Origin: Candidatus Sericytochromatia bacterium
Lineage (GTDB): Bacteria; Cyanobacteriota; Sericytochromatia; S15B-MN24; VGJW01
Direction of reading: 5' to 3'
NCBI GenBank assembly: GCA_035285865.1
Contig: JAYKHS010000028.1
Location: forward strand, 128,001 to 192,000
Length of the DNA: 64,000 nucleotides
Positions 31,655-41,577 of the stretch are shown piece by piece. Made by a program: the position numbers and the translations under genes. Positions within the stretch are counted from its first letter, which is position 1; every line of letters begins with the position of its first letter. The notes under the pieces are model-generated. The model was not told where the DNA came from and ran no database searches. It saw only the letters and a program-made list of their open reading frames with translations.

Positions 31655-32390
31655 GGGCGAGGATGTGCCCCGCAGCAGCGGCAAGGTCGGGAAAGACGGC
31701 CGTGGCCAGAGGGCCCAGCTCGTCCGCTGTCGCGACACCGCATGTGACGGCGTAGGCTCGGGCAGCGCCGCCAGCCCGCGCCATCTCGAGGTCGCCCGGA
31801 GTGTCGCCGATGGCCAGAGTGCGGTAGGCAGCCACTCCGGCCCGACGGCAGGCCTCGAGCAGGAGGTCGGGTGCCGGCTTGGCCTGCCGGACCTCGTCGC
31901 CGCCGACGAGGAGCGAAGGCAGTGGGGACAGGCCGGCTCGTGCGAGGCTCTCGAGGGCGTGGGCACGGGTGTCGGAGGTCGCAACGGCAAGCGTCCACCC
32001 TGCATCCTGCAGCTGCCGCATGGCTTCCGCAGCGCCGGGCAGCACCCTGTAGGCGTCATCGGGCAGGCTGGCGAAGGCCTGTCGGAAGACTTCGGGCAAG
32101 CGTGCCAGGCGATCCTCGGCAACGCCACGCTCCCCGAGCCAGTCGCTCAGTTCCGCAAGCGTCCTGCTTCCCGGCTGACGGACGAGTCGTCCGACGGGGC
32201 AAGGCTTGCCGGTAACCCTGAGGCCCAGCCACGTCCCCAGTTCATCGGCATCGGGGGCTCGCGAGCCCGCGCAGGCCCGGATCAGCCGAATCCTGCGTTC
32301 GGTGACGGCGACCCAGAGAGCCGCGAAGTCCAACAGGACGCCGTCCTTGTCGAGCACGACGAGCCCGGGGGTGTTGCGTCCCGGGCTCAT
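31641..32390 (-). CDS. HAD-family hydrolase (phosphoglycolate phosphatase-like)
   Basis: LDKDGVL, VATSD, KPAPD, IGDTPGD. Confidence 0.9.
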   Translation of the reverse strand: MSPGRNTPGLVVLDKDGVLLDFAALWVAVTERRIRLIRACAGSRAPDADELGTWLGLRVTGKPCPVGRLVRQPGSRTLAELSDWLGERGVAEDRLARLPEVFRQAFASLPDDAYRVLPGAAEAMRQLQDAGWTLAVATSDTRAHALESLARAGLSPLPSLLVGGDEVRQAKPAPDLLLEACRRAGVAAYRTLAIGDTPGDLEMARAGGAARAYAVTCGVATADELGPLATAVFPDLAAAAGHILAHGLS

Positions 32391-32391
32391 G

Positions 32392-34392
32392 TCACCGCAG
32401 GCGCTCCGGGCGTCGCGGCACGGGTGGGCCGTAAGCCAGCAGATCTCGCGGCACGGGTGGCCCCAGAGTCATCGCCGGTGCCGGCTTGTCCAGGCGGCCG
32501 ACGGGCTTCGCTGGCGGCATGACGGGGAGTTGCGGCGCGAGGCGGTTGGCACTCTCCATCGGAGGCTCACCCAAGGGGACGTAGCGTCTGCGGAGGTCGC
32601 GGCCCTGCTGGGCCGCGAGCAAGAGACCGGCATCGGCCAGCCGTTGGCGCACGTCCCGTGTCAGGGCCGGGTGGACTCTTTCGAGACCTTCGAGAGCTTC
32701 GGCGAGGCTCTTGACGCGCGCAGCCAGCACGCTGGGCGACAGCTTGCCCGCGCTGCGCCTGAGGGCGGCGACCTCGGTCCGCATCACGCGAAGCGTCGCG
32801 CCCGTGATCCAGTCTCCGCTGCCGAGGCGTGCGAGGGGGAAGCCTTTCAGATATCCACGGTCGAGTTCGGCGAGGACGGCTTCGGAAGCCTTGCGGGGCT
32901 GCGTCAGGGGCAGGACGGCCCGGTTGCGGAAGGGGCCGAGCGCCAGGTCCGCCAGCAAGCCCCGAGGCGTGTGACCCAGCGAGAAGAACAGGACCCCGGA
33001 CAGATTCTCGTCTCGGATGAACTGGATCTGCTCGAGCGTGTCCCCGAGCGTGTCATCCATGCGGTGCAGGCCCAGGATGGGCAGGAATTCGGCGGTGCGG
33101 CGCCCCTGGTCGGTTTCCTGCTTGATCCAGCGCCTCAGGTCCGCCAGATTGGAGGTGTAGAGCATGCTGGTGGTGACTTGGGTCCAGCCGTTGTCGGCCC
33201 AATGGCGCCAGTTCTGCAGCTTGCGCAGGCGTGCGTAGGCCTCGCCGCGGAAGGTCGAGACTGCCAGCGGGATAGGGCGGCGGCGATTGCGGCAGAGCTG
33301 GCCGATGTCCGCGACGAACTGGCTGACCTGAGCCTCGCGCCAGAGTTGGTAGTCCCGTCGCCGAGCTTCGTCCCCGAGTCCCGAGGGCGTCGGCGCCATG
33401 AAAGTGGACGGGCGGGCAAGGCCCAGGCGCTCCAACCGGAACTGGGTCCGGCTGGCGTCGTCGTCCGGCGTTTCCTCGTCGTAGCGGATGTAGTCCAGGA
33501 GGAGGCCATCGATGTCGTGGTTGTCCACGAGTTCCTTCAAGACCGTGCGCATGTAGGCGCGCGCGCCCGGCAAGGCGGGCGACAGGAAGCGGGGCTTCTG
33601 CGTCTGCTCGGTCCGGGATGCCAGGCCGGGCAGCAGGCCGAGGACGGGATTGCCGAAGTCTCGGGTCTCGTCATAGCTGCGCACGCGGAAGGACCAGACC
33701 CACGGCATCACGGCCATGCCGCACCGGTGGGCCTCGTCAATCATGATGGCGAGGACGTCCGGCTTGTCGCGGAAGGTGGCATCCCGCGCCAGGATGCGCG
33801 AGACGTGCACGGCGTAGCCGCGGCGGACGACCTCCGGGACCAGCAGGTTGAAGCCGGCCGCATCAAGTTCCTGAACCAGACGCCGCACGCCGGCCTCGTC
33901 CGCGGGAATGGCGTCAGCATCGAGCAGCATCCCTCGGGTCTCCACCGTCCGCGAAGGCATGAGCGCCAGACGCACGCCCTTCAGGTGGGTCCGGAAGGCA
34001 TCGAACCGCTCCTGGACATCGGCTGCGGGAGCATCCTGATCCAGCAGCAGCGCGCCTTGCTCGAGTGACGACCGGGCCGCGAACAACTGCTGGCGTGCGG
34101 CGGGCAGCGCAATGTCGACGGCCATGGCCTCAGCGGTCCGGACACGTTTCTGGACAGCCTTCCACTGTTCGAGCAGCAACCCGTGCTCGAGGCGCATCTC
34201 GCTTTGCCGCGGGTTGCGCGGCGCTGGCGTGGCCAGCAGCGGCTGGATGTTCGGCGTGGCGGTCGGCTGTGGCACGGGGCGTTCGCCGCCGAACCACGGC
34301 AGACCGAGCAGGCTGCCTTGCGCGTCGGCCGGGAGAGTGCCCGCGGCAAGCAAGAGGGCCAAGGCAGCAGAGAGGGAGCGGAGCAGGCGCAT
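32392..34392 (-). CDS. Exported GH10-like (DUF187/GHL10) glycoside hydrolase
   Basis: Signal peptide; ETRG, DEAHRCGMAVMPW, DIDGLLLDYIRY, QNWRHW, MLY. Confidence 0.85.
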   Translation of the reverse strand: MRLLRSLSAALALLLAAGTLPADAQGSLLGLPWFGGERPVPQPTATPNIQPLLATPAPRNPRQSEMRLEHGLLLEQWKAVQKRVRTAEAMAVDIALPAARQQLFAARSSLEQGALLLDQDAPAADVQERFDAFRTHLKGVRLALMPSRTVETRGMLLDADAIPADEAGVRRLVQELDAAGFNLLVPEVVRRGYAVHVSRILARDATFRDKPDVLAIMIDEAHRCGMAVMPWVWSFRVRSYDETRDFGNPVLGLLPGLASRTEQTQKPRFLSPALPGARAYMRTVLKELVDNHDIDGLLLDYIRYDEETPDDDASRTQFRLERLGLARPSTFMAPTPSGLGDEARRRDYQLWREAQVSQFVADIGQLCRNRRRPIPLAVSTFRGEAYARLRKLQNWRHWADNGWTQVTTSMLYTSNLADLRRWIKQETDQGRRTAEFLPILGLHRMDDTLGDTLEQIQFIRDENLSGVLFFSLGHTPRGLLADLALGPFRNRAVLPLTQPRKASEAVLAELDRGYLKGFPLARLGSGDWITGATLRVMRTEVAALRRSAGKLSPSVLAARVKSLAEALEGLERVHPALTRDVRQRLADAGLLLAAQQGRDLRRRYVPLGEPPMESANRLAPQLPVMPPAKPVGRLDKPAPAMTLGPPVPRDLLAYGPPVPRRPERLR

Positions 34393-34459
34393 CTGCTTGT
34401 CATGATGGCGGTGCCGGGGCGTGATTTCGGTTAGCCCTGACACCAACACGGTCGTCCGC

Positions 34460-35005
34460 TCAGGACTTGACGAGATGCTCCGGTTGCCCTGCGCGTCGGT
34501 TGACCTGCCGCGAAGCGACGAAGAGCCAGTCCGAGAGCCGGTTCACGTAGCGCAGCAGCCGGGGGTCCAGCTCCTCCTGGGCGTGGAGGCGCACCATGCA
34601 GCGCTCGGCTCGGCGGGCCACCGTGCGTGCGAGATGCAGCATCGATCCGGCCTTGCTGCCTCCTGGCAGGATGAAGTTCTGAAGTGCGGGCAACTCGGCT
34701 TCCATGCGATCGATCGAGGTCTCGAGTTCCTGGATCGCGGCTTCATCCATCTGCCAGCGCGCCTTCTGACCGCCCGACGGCGTGGCCAGCTCGGCACCCA
34801 CGTCGAAGAGGACCCGCTGGGTTCGCAGCAGTTCGGAAGGCATGGCATCGTCGCCGGCCTCGAGGAACGCGAGGGCGGCACCCAGCATCGCGTTCAGCTC
34901 GTCGATGGTGCCGTAGGCCTCGACCCGCAGGTGGTCCTTGGCCACGCGGACACCACCCAGCAGGCCGGTGGTGCCGCCGTCACCGGTCTTCGTGTAGATC
35001 TTCAC
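34460..35005 (-). CDS. ATP:cob(I)alamin adenosyltransferase, PduO type
   Basis: KIYTKTGDGG, AYGTIDELN, FILPGG, ARTVARRAER, NRLSDWLF. Confidence 0.95.
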   Translation of the reverse strand: MKIYTKTGDGGTTGLLGGVRVAKDHLRVEAYGTIDELNAMLGAALAFLEAGDDAMPSELLRTQRVLFDVGAELATPSGGQKARWQMDEAAIQELETSIDRMEAELPALQNFILPGGSKAGSMLHLARTVARRAERCMVRLHAQEELDPRLLRYVNRLSDWLFVASRQVNRRAGQPEHLVKS

Positions 35006-35154
35006 CGCAAGGACCCCATCTACCGGTCGGGCCGGTGCGCTCAGGGTCGGGACAGATCCATGTTACGTCGTCAGAGGCCGCTTGGCCATGCGGGACCCCC
35101 CTACAGTCCGCCCCCCGGTCTGCCGATGGTCCATCGTCGGAGGGAGGACGGTTC

Positions 35155-35757
35155 TTGGGCGACATGTTGCCGGTCGGCAGGGCCAGAGGGAAATGCCTCG
35201 CGCTGGCGGTTCCGCGCATCGTCGCGGCGCAGCGTGCCCGTGCACGACGCCACGCGGATCGGGCCGTAGCCCAGGTTCGCCGCGGCGCGCATGAAGCGGC
35301 AGCTCGCTCGTGGCAGAAGGTGTTGCAGCAGGAGCCGTCCTCCTGTACCGCGTGGTTCGGGCTTGCCGTTTCCTTGCATGCCTGCGGGCAGCACCACGAG
35401 GCCATCGTGGCTTATGCGGGCCTGTTGGATCGGTCTCCGGACGATGTTCAGGCGTGGTTCAACCTCGGCTTCTGCTGGAAGCGCATCGGCGGCGTGGACC
35501 TCGCGCGGGAAGCATGGCAACGGGGTCTGGCACTGGCACCCGACCGCGATGACATCTGGGAGATGCTGGGTTTGCTCGAGCTCGAGCATGGCACGGCGGC
35601 GCGTGCTCGGCGCGCCTTGGCCCGGGCTGTCGCCCTGAGGCCTCGCGACCCGGGCCTGCGCACATGGTTGGCCGAGGCATGCAGTCGTGCCGGAATGCCG
35701 GCAGCAGCCCAGCGGGCCGAGAGGGATTTTCAAGGCGTGCAGGCTGTGACCAGCTGA
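35155..35757 (+). CDS. TPR protein
   Basis: AWFGLA, AWFNLG, IWEMLG repeats; TTG start after GGAGG (start uncertain). Confidence 0.7.
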   Translation: MGDMLPVGRARGKCLALAVPRIVAAQRARARRHADRAVAQVRRGAHEAAARSWQKVLQQEPSSCTAWFGLAVSLHACGQHHEAIVAYAGLLDRSPDDVQAWFNLGFCWKRIGGVDLAREAWQRGLALAPDRDDIWEMLGLLELEHGTAARARRALARAVALRPRDPGLRTWLAEACSRAGMPAAAQRAERDFQGVQAVTS

Positions 35758-37151
35758 CGCCCGAGGTCGGCCAGCGTCATTCGGGTGGGCAGCTCCATCC
35801 CGGTGGCGAGCACCGGCGTCCAGCTGTCGCAGGCGTGCAGCGAACCGTGATTGCCGAGGCCGAGCGGAGTGCCTGTCGTGAATTCCCAGCCGGGGGTCGC
35901 ACTGGCCGCCAGGTCGGCGTGTGCGGTCCCGGTCCAGAGGCGCATGAGGGCCGCCGGGTATCGGCCTTCGGTGAGTTTCCGGCCTTCGCCGTGAAGGTCG
36001 AGGGCCTCAGGGTCACCGGACAGGTGCCACGCGTGACCCCACGGGTCCCTGTGCTGGCCGCCCGGCCGGACGGTCAGCGTGCGCCCGCCCGTCACGTCTC
36101 GGATCTGCATCGAACCGTCCGCTTGGCGGCGTGCCAGGACCTCGATGCCTGCCATGGAGCCGAGTCGCTCCCACAGGATTTCGGCAGCGCGGCGACCGGC
36201 CGCCGTCGGCGCGTGCCAGGCCAGCAAGGCCCGGTCATTCGGGGCAAGGGCCACGGGATGCCGGGTTCCGAAGCCTCCGCGACCGAAGGGAACCGGGTCC
36301 AGATCCCGGAAAATCCTGTCGGGTGCGAGGGCCTGTCTGCCTCCGCAGACCCGACTCTGGCCGTGATCGCCCACGATCAGCCAGCGCCATCGTGCGAGCG
36401 CGTGCTCTGGTCCGCCTGCAGCCCGAATCAGGCGGCCCAGTTGCCGATCGAGGCGTTCCCAGTGCGCGATGGAGGGTGGCGGCCCCTGACGATGGCTGGC
36501 CATGTCCGTGGCCGGCAAGTACACGACCACGAGTCCGTGCCGTGCTTCCCGCATCCAGCCTGCAGCCGTGGCTATGGCGAGGTCTTCGCCAGCGCGTCCA
36601 AGCCGCGGCATGGTCCAGTTCCGGAATCCGGGCGCGGTGAGGTCGGTCGGGCCCGAGATCGTCATGGGGCCGCGATACAGCAGCGGATCGAGCGGAAAGC
36701 GCAGTCGACCGACGTGCCTGATCGGGCCTCGCCGGATGGGCAGGTTCGCAACGGCGCATCGGACGCCATGGTCCTCGAGCTGTTCGAACAGCGTCCGGAC
36801 CCCCGGGTCCAGATGCCGGTCGTTGAGGTCCATCAGGATGTCACGGGCCACGCGTCCCATGAGGCCGGCACGGGCCTGCTCCCAACTGGGCCAGTAGTGG
36901 ACGTGTCGATCCTCCGCCCGGTGGTACCAGAGGATGCCGGGAATGCCGTGGCGGTCGGGCCAGTGGCCCGTGGCGAGGGTCGCGAGGGCGGTCGGCGTCA
37001 CCCCGGGGAAGGTCGTCACGGCCACGCCGTGCTGGCCGTGATGGGCCAGCAGTGCCAGATGCGGCGTCCGATCGGGGCGCTCGTCCCACGGCCTCGGCCC
37101 GAAGGTGGACCAGCCGTCCAGCAGGATCAGTACGAGGGGACGCGGTTGCAC
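35730..37151 (-). CDS. Alkaline phosphatase superfamily / nucleotide pyrophosphatase-phosphodiesterase
   Basis: LLDG, FPGVTPTALATLATG, DMASH, GDHGQ, NHGS. Confidence 0.88.
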   Translation of the reverse strand: MQPRPLVLILLDGWSTFGPRPWDERPDRTPHLALLAHHGQHGVAVTTFPGVTPTALATLATGHWPDRHGIPGILWYHRAEDRHVHYWPSWEQARAGLMGRVARDILMDLNDRHLDPGVRTLFEQLEDHGVRCAVANLPIRRGPIRHVGRLRFPLDPLLYRGPMTISGPTDLTAPGFRNWTMPRLGRAGEDLAIATAAGWMREARHGLVVVYLPATDMASHRQGPPPSIAHWERLDRQLGRLIRAAGGPEHALARWRWLIVGDHGQSRVCGGRQALAPDRIFRDLDPVPFGRGGFGTRHPVALAPNDRALLAWHAPTAAGRRAAEILWERLGSMAGIEVLARRQADGSMQIRDVTGGRTLTVRPGGQHRDPWGHAWHLSGDPEALDLHGEGRKLTEGRYPAALMRLWTGTAHADLAASATPGWEFTTGTPLGLGNHGSLHACDSWTPVLATGMELPTRMTLADLGRQLVTACTP

Positions 37152-37214
37152 GCCCTCCAGCGTGATGGCACGGGAGGCGCCGGAAAAGGAAGGATCCGGA
37201 CGAAACGTGGGGGG

Positions 37215-37838
37215 CTATTCGCCCTTGAATTCCTGATAGCCCTTCGGCATCGGATTGAAGGTGTCCGCGTTGAATCTGGGCGTCATGTCGATGCGCCGGA
37301 TGTCCAGCCGGAAACCGTCCTTGCCCGAGGAGCCATCTACCCGCATCGGCAGCTGCAGGCGGTCCGACAGCCAGATTCGCGCCTGGCCATCCCGCACGGA
37401 GCGGGTCCAGATGGTGGTGGCTTCGCCGGCCAGCGTTTCCCCGGGGCCGACCTTGCGGCCTTCCTTGAGGAGAGCCTTGCGGAACCCGTCGGGATCCAGC
37501 AGTTGGTCGAAGCCGATGCCCGTCGGTGTTCCCGGCTGCCTCATCGCGGCTGGCGAGAGCTTCACCACGACCTTCTGGGCAGGGTCCAGCATGGCTACCT
37601 CGCGGTCTCCCTTGCGCACCACGAATACCGTCCGGGAGCCATCTCGGCCGGTGGCCTCGACGCGCAGGGAGCCTTGATGGAACGACAGCACGATGGCCTG
37701 CTCCTCGCGCTCGCCATCGAGCCTGTTTTCCAGTGTCCCTGTCGCCACGAAGGAACGGGGCATCGTGGCGGCCGGGCTCGGGAGGGCCAGGATGGCGATC
37801 AGGGCCAGCATCGTCAGGAATGGCTTCACGTAGGACAT
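37215..37838 (-). CDS. Secreted LolA-like/DUF4412-like beta-sheet protein
   Basis: Signal peptide; LRVE, GETLAGE, RIWL..LPMR, F.PMPKGY. Confidence 0.6.
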   Translation of the reverse strand: MSYVKPFLTMLALIAILALPSPAATMPRSFVATGTLENRLDGEREEQAIVLSFHQGSLRVEATGRDGSRTVFVVRKGDREVAMLDPAQKVVVKLSPAAMRQPGTPTGIGFDQLLDPDGFRKALLKEGRKVGPGETLAGEATTIWTRSVRDGQARIWLSDRLQLPMRVDGSSGKDGFRLDIRRIDMTPRFNADTFNPMPKGYQEFKGE

Positions 37839-37852
37839 GCCTCCATCCTACG

Positions 37853-39289
37853 CTACCAGTCCGGTGTCGTCTCCGAGGGGCCTTCGCCGGGCCGGGGCAT
37901 GGTGCTGGCCGGTCGTGGCCGGCTGTCTCTGGCCAGGGCCGCAGCCAGGGTGCGTCGCGCCTCGGATGTTGCTTCGGTGCTGGCCTGCGGGGACTGCAGG
38001 TGTGCCTCGGCTACAGCCAGATTGTGGCGCGCATCGGCATCTCCGGGCTGCAGCGCGAGGCTCTGCCGAAAGGCCATGGCTGCTTCCTGCCAACGGCCGG
38101 ATCGCCCTTCGACGATGCCGAGGTTGTAGGCGCACGAAGCCTTGAGACGGCGGGTGGCACCCGGCTGGCGAGCGGCCTGCACGAATTGCGTCCGTGCCTC
38201 GCTCAGGCGCCCCCTCGCGAGTTCGACGCAACCCAGGTCGTAGCGGGCCGCAGGATGCGGGTCCTGGCGTTTGAGGGCGCGTTGGTAATGCATTGCAGCC
38301 ACTTCGGGTTCACCACGCTGCCAGGCCTCGTGACCGGCCCAGAGGTCGGGCCATGAGGCCCATGTGGAGCCCGAGAGCAGCACCGTTGCCAGCACTGCGG
38401 CGGCGGCCCGGCGTGCGGATGCCGTCGCCCGAAGCGGGATCCGCAGCCAGAGCATCAGGCAGGCCACCAGGGTCAGCAGGCGCAGCAGATCGGCCAGCGG
38501 CGCCGTCATCCGGGAGGCCGGGCGTGGCTTCTCCTGTACGCCCATCGCTCTGCCCAAGGCGTCCGCCGCCGCGCTGTCCCGTCTGGTAAGGGCTGCGCGT
38601 GCCGCACTGGGGAAGGGGCCGCCGCCCGGTCCCGGCACAGGCGCGGCGGCGCTGCTGCCCACCGTGAAGACCCGCACTGTGTCGAGATGCCTTGCGAGGG
38701 CACGGGCAGCCGGGCGTGCATCCGATCCGTGGAACTCCCCGTCCGTCACGAGCCAGAGACTGCCCTTTCCCTTGGTCGGCAGCGCGAGCCGTGCAAGGCT
38801 GAGCGCCGGGCCGGGTCGGCTGCCGCCGCCGAGCTCGGCCGGGGCCGGGGTCAGCGCTGCCAAGCTGCGGGCGAGGGCTTCCCGGTCCGGGGTGGGCGGC
38901 AGGGCCAGTGCAGCCCGGGTCGCGAAGACCACGAGACCGATTTCACGGTTCTCACCTTCTTCCCCAAGGGCCTCCGCAAGGCGGGCGCGGGCCTCGTCGA
39001 GGCGCGTGGAACCGGCGCCGCCCTCGCCGTCCCGGGCCCCCATGGACCGCGACACATCCACGACGAGCATCAGCGGACCACGCGACGCGCTGCCTGCGCC
39101 GGGATTGCCGATTGCGACCGCCGCCATGGCGACTGCCGGCAGCAGCACGCCGAACATCTCGCGCCCACGCGGCAGGTCCGGCCCCTCCACACCCCACGCC
39201 TCAAGCGTCCGCTTGCGGTCACGGCCGTGCCAACGGGCCAGCAGCACCCCGGCGATCAGCAGGATGAGGGTCGCTGCCGAGGCCATCAT
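37853..39289 (-). CDS. BatB/BatC-like VWA + TPR membrane protein
   Basis: DVSRSM, GLVVFA, LVTDGE; TM; TPR (ARYDLG, AYNLG, ARHNL). Confidence 0.8.
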   Translation of the reverse strand: MMASAATLILLIAGVLLARWHGRDRKRTLEAWGVEGPDLPRGREMFGVLLPAVAMAAVAIGNPGAGSASRGPLMLVVDVSRSMGARDGEGGAGSTRLDEARARLAEALGEEGENREIGLVVFATRAALALPPTPDREALARSLAALTPAPAELGGGSRPGPALSLARLALPTKGKGSLWLVTDGEFHGSDARPAARALARHLDTVRVFTVGSSAAAPVPGPGGGPFPSAARAALTRRDSAAADALGRAMGVQEKPRPASRMTAPLADLLRLLTLVACLMLWLRIPLRATASARRAAAAVLATVLLSGSTWASWPDLWAGHEAWQRGEPEVAAMHYQRALKRQDPHPAARYDLGCVELARGRLSEARTQFVQAARQPGATRRLKASCAYNLGIVEGRSGRWQEAAMAFRQSLALQPGDADARHNLAVAEAHLQSPQASTEATSEARRTLAAALARDSRPRPASTMPRPGEGPSETTPDW

Positions 39290-40308
39290 GGGGTCCCGTC
39301 CGGCAGCTGCTGGGGCAGGCTGGCCACGGCCCCCGGGCCCCTGCGGATCCACAGGTCGGTGAAGAGCAGCAGGCTGGCGAGCAGCGTCAGGGCGCCAGTC
39401 AGGGGGTGTGGATTCCGGCGGCCGTTGCCGCCGGGCAGGCGCGAGCGGACCAGGGCATCCACGCGCCGGTAGGCCTCGCCCAGTCCGGCCGTGTCACCTG
39501 CACGGAAACTGGTGCCTCCGGTCCTGCGTGCCATCGCGACCAGGCCGTCGTGGTCCACTCGGGTCAGAAAGATCCTGCCATCCGGTCCGCGCGCCCAGCC
39601 AATCCGGCCGTTCGCTTCCCGCACGGGTACCGGAGCCCCTCCGTCCCGGCCGACCGCGACCGTATGGACCGTGATTCCCGAGGCGGCCGCCAGCTCTGCC
39701 GCCTGGCCCGGGAGCAGCTTGCCAGCGTTCGAGACGCCGTCCGTGAGCAGGATGACGGCCCGTGACCGCGTGCGGTCCGTGCCCAGGCGAGCGACGGCCA
39801 CGGCCAGAGCGTCGCCGAGGGCCGTGCCATCTTCCGGAAGGTCCGCAGGGCTAGCCCGCTCGAGCGCCTCCTCGAGACCTGCGTGGTGGTGTGTCAGGGG
39901 GCAGGCCGTGAGGGTTCCCGCCCGGAAGAGGACGAGGCCGATGCGATCCTGCGGGTGTCGCCGGATGAACCCGCGCAGCACGGATCGGGCCGCGGCGAGT
40001 CGATCCGGCAGCAGGTCCCTGGCGGCCATCGAGCCGGACATGTCGAGCACGAGCATGAGGTCTGCCGACGGCTTTTCGTCCGCATCCGAGGTCCAGTAGA
40101 CCGGCCCGGCGAGGGCAATTGCGAGCAGTGCGAGGACCGCGCTGCGCAGCCACGGGAGCCATCGGCGAGGGCCATCCCGTACTTTACCTGGCCATTCGTG
40201 GGTCGTGGGCAGAGGGATGGCCGGGTCGATCCGTGGCCTGCGAAGGACGGCGAGGGGCAGGATCGCGAGGGGCAGCAGCAACAACCATCCGGGTGCCAGC
40301 ATCGTCAC
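39286..40308 (-). CDS. BatA-like VWA domain protein
   Basis: DMSGSM, DRIGLVLF, GTALGDAL, LLTDGVSNAG. Confidence 0.88.
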   Translation of the reverse strand: MTMLAPGWLLLLPLAILPLAVLRRPRIDPAIPLPTTHEWPGKVRDGPRRWLPWLRSAVLALLAIALAGPVYWTSDADEKPSADLMLVLDMSGSMAARDLLPDRLAAARSVLRGFIRRHPQDRIGLVLFRAGTLTACPLTHHHAGLEEALERASPADLPEDGTALGDALAVAVARLGTDRTRSRAVILLTDGVSNAGKLLPGQAAELAAASGITVHTVAVGRDGGAPVPVREANGRIGWARGPDGRIFLTRVDHDGLVAMARRTGGTSFRAGDTAGLGEAYRRVDALVRSRLPGGNGRRNPHPLTGALTLLASLLLFTDLWIRRGPGAVASLPQQLPDGTP

Positions 40309-40796
40309 GGTGCAGCGTTCCCGATCGCACGCACCAGGATCCTGACCCGTTCTTCAAGATGGCCAGGGGGTGGGCTCCACCCGGCGAAGCGAATCAGGTC
40401 GCAAGCCTCCAGGGTCTCCGCGAGGATGGCGCGGGTCGCGGGGTCGGCCTCGCGGGCGTCAAGCAGGGCCAGCAGCTCTTGAGTCGTCATGCGCTGGGCG
40501 GGAACCTGATGGAGCCTGGCCAGGTGTTCCCGGAGGGCCAAGTGGATCTGCTCCGTCGCGGCCAGCAGCTGGGGGCGCGAGATGCCGCTCAGGTTGCCCA
40601 GTCGGGCGAGGGTCCTGATGGGGTCACGCCGGCGGGCTTGCCGGTCCTTGCCGGTCGGTTGCCGAGGTTTCCTCCGCCACCAGAGGATCGCGGCCACCGT
40701 GACGAGCAGCGGGAGCGCCACCGCTGGCCACGGCAAGGCAGGATCGATGGGCGGCTTGGCCGGGCGCAGCCCGGTCGCATCGAGGGTGGCCTGCAC
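40305..40796 (-). CDS. Bat-locus small membrane protein (DUF4381-like)
   Basis: LRPAKPP, TM, ALREHL, MTTQELL, CDLIRFA. Confidence 0.65.
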   Translation of the reverse strand: MQATLDATGLRPAKPPIDPALPWPAVALPLLVTVAAILWWRRKPRQPTGKDRQARRRDPIRTLARLGNLSGISRPQLLAATEQIHLALREHLARLHQVPAQRMTTQELLALLDAREADPATRAILAETLEACDLIRFAGWSPPPGHLEERVRILVRAIGNAAP

Positions 40797-41420
40797 TCAG
40801 CCCGGGGGCAGGGGCAGTGGGGGCGGGGCGCCGTTGCCTTGCGGAACGACCCTGCCGGCACCGGCAGGCAGGACGGGCACGGCTTCGGGTGCGCCGCCGG
40901 GCATGCCGCCGGGCAGGCCCTCGAGCGGGTTGGCCTCAGCCGCAGGGACTTCTGCGGGGTGGTTCTCGGGGTGCTCGGCGATGTCCAGCCACATCTTGGC
41001 GTTGGCATCGTTCGGATTGATCTGCACGGCCTTCTTGAACGAGGCGACGGCATCGGCCGTACGGCCACTTTCGATCGCTTCGATGCCCTCGGTGCGGTAG
41101 TGGTCGAACAGCATGTTCTTGCGGGTTTGCTGCTCCACCGCTTGTCCGTCCAGAGCGTCGGTTGCGGGCTTGGCGGCCTCTGCGGCGGCCTTGGCGGCGG
41201 CCTTGCGGGCCTTGGCCCGCAGACGCAGTCGATCAAGTTCAGGATTGCCCACCGGTGTGGCGGGCCCCAGCAGGGAGTTGGCCATGTCCTCGGGCAGGAT
41301 GGCGCGCAAGGAATCGGTGACTGCCGTGCCAACACCGGCAAGCGGGCCAACGTCCCCGCAGCCCCCCAACGCCGGGGTGAGCAGCACGGCGAGCACGAAC
41401 GGGCGGATGTCTGGTCTCAT
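40797..41420 (-). CDS. TPR-containing lipoprotein
   Basis: Lipobox LGGC; AVASFKKAVQINPND; Pro-rich tail. Confidence 0.7.
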   Translation of the reverse strand: MRPDIRPFVLAVLLTPALGGCGDVGPLAGVGTAVTDSLRAILPEDMANSLLGPATPVGNPELDRLRLRAKARKAAAKAAAEAAKPATDALDGQAVEQQTRKNMLFDHYRTEGIEAIESGRTADAVASFKKAVQINPNDANAKMWLDIAEHPENHPAEVPAAEANPLEGLPGGMPGGAPEAVPVLPAGAGRVVPQGNGAPPPLPLPPG

Positions 41421-41577
41421 GGGCCGTCCGCTCCCTACCCGGGGCGCGGGCGTGCCAAACCCGGCCCGGGACGGATGGGCCCCGCATGCTATGCTCCCTC
41501 CGGTCCTGCCGCGCTGTGAAGCTGCAGCCGGCGTGAGACGTCCCGGTCGCTCCGGGTGCGGCGAAAGGTTGGCGGAC

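Noticed and set aside
31655..32128. Apparent RNase H fusion or extension
   Set aside because: Overlaps the HAD gene in another frame; RNase H begins at 31654
35006..35150. Possible cobalamin riboswitch upstream of the adenosyltransferase
   Set aside because: Conserved B12-box elements not found; an Infernal search would be needed
35664..38129. 821-aa plus-strand ORF, and similar long ORFs (2908-4668, 7016-8857, 32206-34068, 46230-48632, 57044-58309)
   Set aside because: Each lies opposite a well-supported gene and has no coherent domain
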